From: a bacterium
GTDB lineage: Bacteria > Bacteroidota > Ignavibacteria > UBA10030
Reading direction: 5' to 3'
NCBI GenBank assembly: GCA_043803945.1
Contig: JAZDJN010000068.1
Location: 1 to 19,280, forward strand
DNA: 19,280 nucleotides
Position 1 is the stretch's first letter, and every line of letters starts with the position of its first letter. Shown here one piece after another: positions 1-7,163 of this stretch. Both the position numbers and the translations under genes were made by a program. The notes under the pieces are model-generated. The model was not told the DNA's origin, did not search any database, and saw only the letters and a program-made list of their open reading frames with translations.

Positions 1-2409
1 GAAGATTATCATGAACAACTCGGCTCTCCAGCTATTGATGCTGGTGATCCTGGATTCTCATACGCTAATGAGCCATCGCCTAATGGCAGCAGAGTGAATA
101 TTGGTGCCTATGGGAACACAGCGGAGGCAGCGAAGAGCTCATCGGGCGGCTTGCCTACACTGACAGACTATTATGTGAATGCGTCCACCGGAAGTAATAC
201 AACAGGTGATGGTACACAGACAAAGCCATGGAAGACAATTACATATTCTCTGGGCAACATAACCGGCACTGGACGCACGCTGCACATCGCTGCGGGAACA
301 TACAATACGACACTTGGTGAGACATTCCCGATACTGATGAAGAATGGTATCTCGCTCATAGGAGCGGGTATGGATGTCAGCATCATTGATGCGAGCTCGA
401 GTGACATGGTTATAAAGTGTTTGAGTATTGTTGATGCTGCAACACGAGTCGAAGGATTTACGGTCAAAGGTGGAAAGGTAACTGCGTCGTCCTCCGCAGG
501 CGCCGGTATATTCATCTCAGCCGGTTCTATGTTGAAGGTTGCAAACAATAAGATCACTGGAAACATTAATGGTTCAGTGGGAAAAGGAGGAGGACTCTAT
601 ATAGAAAACTCCTCACCATGGGTAGTAACCAATACGATTAGTGGCAACAGTGTTGGAGCTTCTGGAGATGGAGCAGGGATCTATATCACAAATGGATCAC
701 CGGTGATAGAGGGGAATCGAATCATAAGCAATGTTGCCGGAAATGCGAACTATGGTGGTGGAGTATTCATTTCCGGATCGACAAGTGCACCAAGGATAAT
801 AAATAATCTGATTATAAAAAATCCTGAGGGCGGGATCATCTGTGAAAGCTACTCTAAACCGCGCATTATTAACAACACGATTTGCGAGAACTCCGGCCCC
901 GGCATTATGATATCATCGGCCAATCCTGATACGATTATGAATAATATCATCTCGTTGAATTCAGGTTACGGGATCAATGAGAGCGGGACGACAAGCGATC
1001 CCGGGAAAGTCTGGTACAATCTCTTTTATGCAAATAACTCTGGTGTATATAACGATGAGGGAACGACAGAGTACTATACAGTAAGCACATTGAACACGAC
1101 GGTAAGCGAAGCAAAGAATAATCTTGAGGGCGATCCGCTTTTTCTTGATCGTAAGAATGGAGACTATCATGAAAGGGCGGGGTCTCTCGCTATCGATGCC
1201 GGTAACCCAGCCTCTTCATATGGTAGCGAGCCCGCACCGAATGGCAGCAGAGTAAATATCGGGGCATATGGGAATACAGCGGAAGCGGCGAAGAGCATAC
1301 CAAGCGATCTCCCGAATTATTCGGATTATTATGTGAATGCATCCGGCGGCAATAATGTAACCGGAGATGGATCGCAATCGAGGCCGTGGCAGACCATCAC
1401 CTTTGCACTCGGTCAAATTACCGGCACAGGCCGGATGCTTCATGTTGCAGCCGGCACATATGATACGACGCTGGGTGAGACCTTTCCGATCGTTGTAAAG
1501 AACAGTGTCTCGATGGTTGGCGCCGGAAAAAATCAGAGTATTCTTGATGCTTCCTATACAAACCTTGTTCTCCAATGCATCGGTATTGTTGAGCCTTTAA
1601 CTTCAATTGAGGGATTTACGATTAAAAGGGGAACACTCCCGTTAAATTTTTCATCGGCGGCAGGAGTCGTTGTTGCAGCCGGATCAAAACTGCGAATTAC
1701 CGACAATGAAATCGTCGAGAACACCAATCAGTCCTGGGGAAATGGCGGCGGCATGTATATCGCCAATTCTTCGCCTGCTATCGTGAATAATACAATCAGC
1801 CGGAACAGCCCCGGCACATTTGGCAATGGTGCAGGAATATATATTTACAATTCTTCACCATTGATTCAGAATAATACAATTACAAACAACAAATCGGGAT
1901 ACACGAGCTACGGGAGCGGTATCTATGTTACCGGAGCCACCAGCTCTCCGAGAATCCTCAACAATATCATAACTCTAAATGTCGAAGGTGGTATTAATTG
2001 CGAGGGTTCCTCAAAACCCAGGATTATCAATAATACAATATCGGACAATACGACCGATGGCATTGTGATATCTTCGGCGAATCCGGATTCAATCATTAAT
2101 AACATTATCTCCTTGAATTCAGGTTATGGTATCAATGAAACGAACTCGATCAGCGATCCGGGGAAAATCTGGTACAATCTCTTTTACTCTAATAGTACAG
2201 GTGTCTATCGTGATGAAGGAACATCGGACTACTACACAGTGAGTACATTGCATGCTTCGGTTGCAGAATGCAAGAATAACATTGAAGGCGATCCGATGTT
2301 TATTAATAAGATCGATGGAGATTATCGGCTCCGTATTGGATCTCCGGCAATTAATACCGGCGACCCGGGAGCTCCTCTCGACTCCGATGGCTCACGCGCT
2401 GATATTGGT
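1..2409 (+). repeat. Tandem in-frame repeat of a 1158-bp (386-codon) beta-helix module: the tail of an upstream copy (1-93) plus two full copies (94-1251 and 1252-~2409).
   Basis: RVNIGAYGNTAEAAKS restarts at nt 94 and at nt 1252, exactly 1158 nt apart. The two units are colinear throughout (DYYVNAS.G.N.TGDG.Q..PW.TIT..LG.ITGTGR.LH.AAGTY.TTLGETFPI ... SLNSGYGINE....SDPGK.WYNLFY.N..GVY.DEGT..YYTVSTL ... GDY). The window begins with the end of a further copy. Confidence 0.9.
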
Positions 2410-5400
2410 GCGTTGTACTATCAGACTCAGGCACCTGCGGTTTCTGTGCTCAGCTCCCCGAGTAATGGTGCAACTGCGCAGCCTACTACGCTCACATTGA
2501 GCTGGACTGCATCCGCCGGTGCGACGAAGTACCATCTTCAGGTCTCAGCATCCTCGGCGTTTACACTTCTCGTTGTTGACGATTCTACACTCACTGGAAT
2601 ATCACGATCGGTTGGTCCTCTAGCAAACAATACAACATATTATTGGCGTGTGAGGGCGGGAAGCTCAGCAGGATGGAGTGCATTCTCCGGGAGTTGGAGC
2701 TTCACAACGGCCGCTATCTCCACGCTCCTCGGTGAGTACAAATCCGATGCCAACACGGTTCTCCTGATGCATATGAACGAAACCAGCGGCTCAACAGTGA
2801 GTGATGCAAGCAGTTATGGCAACAACGGCATCGCAACTGGGACAACGATCTCAGATGGAAAAATTAGTAAAGGGAGAAGTTTTAATGGTGCTGGTGATTA
2901 TATTTCTGTTCCTCATTCCTCGTCATTAAACTATTTGAGTGAATTGACTATTGAAGGATTCTTTAGAATAAGTTCTGCTGTAAATTATGCAGGCATCACC
3001 AAGGGAACGACTCAATGGGCTTATTCACTTGCTTTGATGGGTCAACGACTAGCGTTCACAAATGGAGCACCCGGTAATAGTGGTACAATAATGGCTGATT
3101 CCATTCCATCGAACACTTGGATTCATCTTGCGGCAATTATTTCAGGAGCAAATGTAAAGTTATATTTCAATGGCGTGAAAAGTGTGGAGTCAACTCTTTA
3201 TTATCCAATTACGAACAACACTGAAGAATTAACTATCGGCATCGATAAACCTGGCTCCGTAGAGTATTATAAAGGTCTAATCGACGAAGTTCGCATCTCG
3301 AATAAAGCCCGCTCGCCTCAGGAATTTAATCTTCAACTTCCTCCCAAAAATCTCTCTGTTTCCTTGGCGGGCTTGGCGGCTAATCTTTCCTGGCAGAATG
3401 GAGGCGGTGCAGTCGGATTGCTCCGGTATAAAATCTACCGCGGCTCCGATTCAACGAACGTTTCACTCATCGATTCAACAATTTCAACCTCATACTCGAA
3501 TTTAGGTCTTACCGCAGGTACGAAATATTATTATCGATTAAGCGCGGTTGATTCGACTGGTTTTGAAGGGGCAATGAGTTATGCGGTCAGTGCTGTTCCG
3601 CAAACCGGAGCCTCGGCGCCAACAGTTTCAACGAGTGCAGCATCCAGCATTACTTCTACATCTGCAACCTTAAACGGCTCTGTTAATCCGAACAGTTCAT
3701 CGACTACGGCGTATTTCGAGTGGAGCACGAACACGAGCTTTTCTCCACTTAATACCACTCCTGTGCAGAATATCGGTTCAGGAACTACTGCGAGCAATAT
3801 TTCAGCAAGTTTAACAAGTCTTACTCCTGGCACGACCTATTACTATCGGGTGTTTGCTCAAAATACCGGCGGTACCGTAAGAGGAACAACACAGAGCTTT
3901 TCTACAATTATTCAAGCTCCGGATGTTGTGACGTTATCATCTCCATCAAATGGTGCAAGCAGCCAGCAAGTTAGTGTATCCTTAAATTGGAATTCATCTG
4001 CGCGCGCAGTATCCTATCGTATTCAAGTTTCAACATCTCAAACATTTACTACTCTCATAGTGGACGACTCCACATTAACAACCACCGCCCGTCAAGTTTC
4101 GGGACTCTCAAATGGTGTTACGTACTATTGGCGTGTCAGCGCAAAGAATGCAGGTGGCACAAGCACTTGGTCTTCAACATGGAACTTCATCACAACAATA
4201 GTAGCTCCTGCAGCTCCAGCAATTACAGCACCGGCATCAGGATCAATAAACCAGCCGTTGAATCTGACCCTGAGCTGGACAGCTTCACTCACCGCGACTC
4301 GCTATCGCTTGCAAGTCTCAACCAGCTCGACGTTTTCTCCCTTGCTAGTTGACGATACAACACTCACATCGACTTCTAGACAGATCGGAGCGCTCTCCTA
4401 TTCAACAAAGTATTACTGGCGCGTAAGCGCTGGGAATTCAGGAGGAACGAGTTCCTATTCGACCACAGCAGATTTTACAACGATTCCCACACCGCCCGCG
4501 ACAATTAGTGTCAGTAACACCTTTACGTTCCCCGGTAAGAGCAGGGCTGGTGAATACACGGCGGCGGACTTCAGAATCATCGGACTGCCTGGATCGACCG
4601 ATGTTCCTCTAACCGATTTGCTTCCGGGTTCAAAGGGAAAAGACTGGCAGGTGTACTGGGATAATGGTGCATCGACGAATTATTTCGTCGAATTCGATGG
4701 AAGCAGTATATTCCAGTTTGGCCGAGGGAAAGCATTCTGGATTGTGGCAAAATCCCAGGTCACAATCAACCGATCGCTGACATACCCCTCCTTCAACACT
4801 TCCGGAGAAGCTGAGATTGCACTTCATGCCGGATGGAATCTCATCACGAATCCATTTTCAACAACAATTCCCTGGTCGAGAATACAAAGTGCCAATCAGA
4901 CCTCAGCGTCAATCTTCATCTTCAATGGCTCCTTTGCTTCCTCATCACTCTTTGAACCATACGTCGGGTATTACTACTTCAATGGATCGCCGGGTACGAC
5001 CCTCTCCGTACTGAAGGTGCCGTACTTTAGCCTCTATGGCAGTGTCGGCAAGCCGTTTGAAAATGTTTATGAAGGATGGAAAGTAACGATGATGCTTTCT
5101 TCTGAACAAGGACAAAGAAGCGAGACATGGTTCGGAGTATCCCGTAGCGCGAAGAATGAAATGGACGAACTCGATGTTCGGAAACCGCGAGCTCTCGGAG
5201 CCATTAATGATATGTTCTTCGATCGACCCAATTGGGATGACCGCTATACATCATTTGCTTCTGACATCCGGGAGAGAATTCATGATCTTGAGACGTGGGA
5301 TTTTACCGTGAATGTCGAGCCCTTGAAACGAGTTGTGCTTACATTTAGCGGCGTCGATGAAATTCCACTTCCTTACGAAGTCTACTTGCTCGATCATGCC

Positions 5401-5811
5401 AATGCTCAGTCTCTCAATCTGCGGAAAGACTCGATGTACAGCATTACAACGCCCTTGAAAAGCCTGCAGCTCTCCATCCTCATTGGCACAGAGGAAAAGA
5501 TCAGGGGGAAGGTCAAAGATATGTTGCCAAAAGAGTATTCGTTGAGCCAGAATTTTCCCAATCCATTTAATCTCTCAACGAGTTTCAACGTAATCATGCC
5601 GCGCCCTACCTCGGTGAAGCTTATGGTTTATAACATCCTTGGGCGGGTCGTTCGGACTCTCTTCACAGGCGACATGGAAACGGGAAGTTATTGGTTTACG
5701 TGGGATGGAAGGGACGATCGTCAATCGAGGGTACCAACCGGTGCTTATTACTGTCGTTTAGAAATTGTTGGGGAACGAACACTGATGACCAGGATGCTTT
5801 TAATTAAATGA
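1..5811 (+). CDS. Giant secreted multidomain surface protein, 5'-truncated by the window edge. Contains tandem right-handed parallel beta-helix (PbH1) modules, FN3-like domains, a LamG/concanavalin-like domain, a conserved pre-CTD module and a T9SS C-terminal sorting domain.
   Basis: Frame 1 is open from nt 1. Nt 1-93 translate to EDYHEQLGSPAIDAGDPGFSYANEPSPNGSR, matching the end of the internal module (GDYHERAGSLAIDAGNPASSYGSEPAPNGSR). The ORF-track start at 94 is therefore an internal GTG (Val), and the true start lies upstream of the window. PbH1-like repeats are present (e.g. ISGNSVGASGDGAGIYITNGSPVIEGNRII; PRIINNTICENSGPGIMISS). A LamG-like block runs about 2725-3325 (LLGEYKSDANTVLLMHMNETSG ... 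DEVRISNKARS). FN3-like blocks each end in a YYWRV...W.F.T motif (about 2431-2710 and 3343-4485). The C-terminus KEYSLSQNFPNPFN...VKLMVYNILGRVV...GAYYCRLEI (about 5536-5808) is a typical T9SS type-A sorting domain. Stop TGA at 5809-5811. Confidence 0.9.
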   Translation, partial: EDYHEQLGSPAIDAGDPGFSYANEPSPNGSRVNIGAYGNTAEAAKSSSGGLPTLTDYYVNASTGSNTTGDGTQTKPWKTITYSLGNITGTGRTLHIAAGTYNTTLGETFPILMKNGISLIGAGMDVSIIDASSSDMVIKCLSIVDAATRVEGFTVKGGKVTASSSAGAGIFISAGSMLKVANNKITGNINGSVGKGGGLYIENSSPWVVTNTISGNSVGASGDGAGIYITNGSPVIEGNRIISNVAGNANYGGGVFISGSTSAPRIINNLIIKNPEGGIICESYSKPRIINNTICENSGPGIMISSANPDTIMNNIISLNSGYGINESGTTSDPGKVWYNLFYANNSGVYNDEGTTEYYTVSTLNTTVSEAKNNLEGDPLFLDRKNGDYHERAGSLAIDAGNPASSYGSEPAPNGSRVNIGAYGNTAEAAKSIPSDLPNYSDYYVNASGGNNVTGDGSQSRPWQTITFALGQITGTGRMLHVAAGTYDTTLGETFPIVVKNSVSMVGAGKNQSILDASYTNLVLQCIGIVEPLTSIEGFTIKRGTLPLNFSSAAGVVVAAGSKLRITDNEIVENTNQSWGNGGGMYIANSSPAIVNNTISRNSPGTFGNGAGIYIYNSSPLIQNNTITNNKSGYTSYGSGIYVTGATSSPRILNNIITLNVEGGINCEGSSKPRIINNTISDNTTDGIVISSANPDSIINNIISLNSGYGINETNSISDPGKIWYNLFYSNSTGVYRDEGTSDYYTVSTLHASVAECKNNIEGDPMFINKIDGDYRLRIGSPAINTGDPGAPLDSDGSRADIGALYYQTQAPAVSVLSSPSNGATAQPTTLTLSWTASAGATKYHLQVSASSAFTLLVVDDSTLTGISRSVGPLANNTTYYWRVRAGSSAGWSAFSGSWSFTTAAISTLLGEYKSDANTVLLMHMNETSGSTVSDASSYGNNGIATGTTISDGKISKGRSFNGAGDYISVPHSSSLNYLSELTIEGFFRISSAVNYAGITKGTTQWAYSLALMGQRLAFTNGAPGNSGTIMADSIPSNTWIHLAAIISGANVKLYFNGVKSVESTLYYPITNNTEELTIGIDKPGSVEYYKGLIDEVRISNKARSPQEFNLQLPPKNLSVSLAGLAANLSWQNGGGAVGLLRYKIYRGSDSTNVSLIDSTISTSYSNLGLTAGTKYYYRLSAVDSTGFEGAMSYAVSAVPQTGASAPTVSTSAASSITSTSATLNGSVNPNSSSTTAYFEWSTNTSFSPLNTTPVQNIGSGTTASNISASLTSLTPGTTYYYRVFAQNTGGTVRGTTQSFSTIIQAPDVVTLSSPSNGASSQQVSVSLNWNSSARAVSYRIQVSTSQTFTTLIVDDSTLTTTARQVSGLSNGVTYYWRVSAKNAGGTSTWSSTWNFITTIVAPAAPAITAPASGSINQPLNLTLSWTASLTATRYRLQVSTSSTFSPLLVDDTTLTSTSRQIGALSYSTKYYWRVSAGNSGGTSSYSTTADFTTIPTPPATISVSNTFTFPGKSRAGEYTAADFRIIGLPGSTDVPLTDLLPGSKGKDWQVYWDNGASTNYFVEFDGSSIFQFGRGKAFWIVAKSQVTINRSLTYPSFNTSGEAEIALHAGWNLITNPFSTTIPWSRIQSANQTSASIFIFNGSFASSSLFEPYVGYYYFNGSPGTTLSVLKVPYFSLYGSVGKPFENVYEGWKVTMMLSSEQGQRSETWFGVSRSAKNEMDELDVRKPRALGAINDMFFDRPNWDDRYTSFASDIRERIHDLETWDFTVNVEPLKRVVLTFSGVDEIPLPYEVYLLDHANAQSLNLRKDSMYSITTPLKSLQLSILIGTEEKIRGKVKDMLPKEYSLSQNFPNPFNLSTSFNVIMPRPTSVKLMVYNILGRVVRTLFTGDMETGSYWFTWDGRDDRQSRVPTGAYYCRLEIVGERTLMTRMLLIK

Positions 5812-5825
5812 GGACGGATAATTAG

Positions 5826-6308
5826 ATGAGTTTAGAGCCCACTAAACACACGAAAGACACTAAAGGTGTTAAAAGATCAAAGCTCATATATCCAGAAGAG
5901 AGTTATGCCATCATTGGAGCTTGCTTTAATGTTTACAAACTAATGGGATGTGGTTTTCTGGAGGCGGTGTACCAAGAATGTCTCGAGATTGAATTCAGTA
6001 CTCAGAATATTCCGTTTCACTCTCAATTTGAATTAACGTTGAAATATCGAGACCACCCACTGAAACAACATTTTAAACCTGATTTTGTCTGCTACGAGAA
6101 AATCGTTATAGAATTAAAGGCTGTATCAACACTTGTTGATGAACATCGTGCACAGGTCCTCAACTATCTCAATGCGACCAAGATGCAACTCGGTTTGCTA
6201 GTGAACTTTGGTCATTATCCAAAATTAGAGTATGAGCGGTTCATATTAACTACAGATGGTGCAAAGAATCAACCTATCAATCTACAGATGGAATGTGACA
6301 TACATTAA
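5826..6308 (+). CDS. GxxExxY family protein (PD-(D/E)XK nuclease superfamily).
   Basis: The family motif is present in MGCGFLEAVYQECLEIEF (G-F-L-E-A-V-Y = GxxExxY). A PD-(D/E)XK-like core is seen in FKPDFVCYEKIVIELKAV, followed by HRAQVLNYLNATKMQLGLLVNFG, typical of this family. The gene starts 14 nt after the upstream stop, with GAGGA about 13 nt upstream of the ATG. No alternative in-frame start occurs before the conserved core. Confidence 0.85.
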   Translation: MSLEPTKHTKDTKGVKRSKLIYPEESYAIIGACFNVYKLMGCGFLEAVYQECLEIEFSTQNIPFHSQFELTLKYRDHPLKQHFKPDFVCYEKIVIELKAVSTLVDEHRAQVLNYLNATKMQLGLLVNFGHYPKLEYERFILTTDGAKNQPINLQMECDIH

Positions 6309-6347
6309 TGAGAGAAATATTTTGTGTATTCCGTGTGTTCCGTGGGG
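5838..6347. repeat. Imperfect inverted-repeat pair (~27 bp arms) bracketing the GxxExxY ORF.
   Basis: The left arm is 5838-5864, CCCACTAAACACACGAAAGACACTAAA. The right arm is 6321-6347, whose reverse complement is CCCCACGGAACACACGGAATACACAAA. About 21 of 26 aligned positions match by eye. The left arm lies inside codons 5-13 of the ORF (PTKHTKDTK). Confidence 0.75.
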
Positions 6348-6376
6348 ATGATTAATCACAAATAAGGATTGAAGCC

Positions 6377-6901
6377 ATGCAGCGTATGTATCATCGAATG
6401 AAGTCAATAAGTCTGATTCTTTGCGGCGTTATACTCTTTGAGTCCCTGATGATAACCAAAGGATGGGCAGGCGAAGATATTGTCGTGAAGAATATTCGAT
6501 TCGAGTTCACAGGGAATAAAGTGTTGATTCACTACGATGTCATCGGCCCTGCCGGTCAGCAGTACAACATTAAGGTGTTACTCAAGAGAAGAAAAAATCC
6601 GCGGTTCGAATTTGTTCCAAAAGCAATTTCGGGTGATGTCGGAGAGGGCCGAAGCGGGGGGTATGGTAAGCAGATTGTCTGGGAGATTGAACGCGACTTT
6701 CCGAACGGTCTGGATGGTGATGATTTCTATTTCCGCATCGAAGCCGAGGTAATTACAGCGGGATCATCTCTTCTCTACTATCTGGGGGGAGGGGCGGTCG
6801 TAGTGGGTACTGCAGCATATTTCCTCCTGATGAAGAAGACCGATAGTGGCGTCAGCGAAGGAACGTTCCCCAAACCGATCGGTCGACCGACCGGCTATTG
6901 A
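6377..6901 (+). CDS. Hypothetical membrane-anchored protein: N-terminal signal peptide or anchor, beta-rich extracytoplasmic domain, C-terminal TM helix.
   Basis: The ORF is 174 aa. There is an N-terminal hydrophobic stretch (ISLILCGVILFESLMITKGWAG) and a beta-strand-like alternating pattern (IVVKNIRFEFTGNKVLIHYDVIG...YNIKVLL...KQIVWEIERDF...FYFRIEAEV). The C-terminal hydrophobic helix is LLYYLGGGAVVVGTAAYFLLM, followed by KK. AAGGA lies about 11 nt upstream. The start is uncertain; in-frame ATGs also occur at 6386 and 6401. No family was recognised. Confidence 0.6.
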   Translation: MQRMYHRMKSISLILCGVILFESLMITKGWAGEDIVVKNIRFEFTGNKVLIHYDVIGPAGQQYNIKVLLKRRKNPRFEFVPKAISGDVGEGRSGGYGKQIVWEIERDFPNGLDGDDFYFRIEAEVITAGSSLLYYLGGGAVVVGTAAYFLLMKKTDSGVSEGTFPKPIGRPTGY

Positions 6902-6971
6902 TGTTTATTGGATCTTTGTGACAATCCAGCGAGGGATATTATTTTTCGATACTATTCAATGTTCCATATTA

Positions 6972-7079
6972 CCCACGAAACACGCAAAATACACGAAAGA
7001 GGTAATAGACAATCCGAGTAAAAACAAACCAAATCTGTGAAGATGAGCAATGTTTTGTATGTTTAGTGTGTTTGGTGGG
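6972..7079. repeat. Second, ORF-less convergent pair of the same inverted-repeat family (29-bp arms, 50-nt spacer).
   Basis: One arm is 6972-7000, CCCACGAAACACGCAAAATACACGAAAGA. The other is 7051-7079, whose reverse complement is CCCACCAAACACACTAAACATACAAAACA. About 22 of 29 positions match by eye. Both arms share the CCCACnAAACAC core with the arms at 5838 and 6347. Confidence 0.7.
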
Positions 7080-7163
7080 CCAAGCAGATACTTTTCTTTT
7101 TTAAATATTTGCATTGTCATTTTTCACTTTGATATTTGATAGTGATATCGTTTTGGAGGTCCT

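Noticed and set aside
6377-6901. The 174-aa protein as a bacterial gasdermin-like pore former activated by the adjacent caspase-like protease.
   Set aside because: It is too short for a gasdermin. It has an N-terminal signal or anchor and a classical C-terminal TM helix, which bacterial gasdermins lack. The protease carries a signal peptide, so it is not a cytoplasmic activator. No gasdermin-like features were recognised.
6537-7040. ORFs 6537..6752(+) and 6846..7040(+).
   Set aside because: The first is an out-of-frame overlap within the 174-aa gene. The second runs from the end of that gene through inverted-repeat arm L2, so its PTKHAKYTKE segment is simply the repeat translated. It ends inside the 50-nt spacer and has no RBS.
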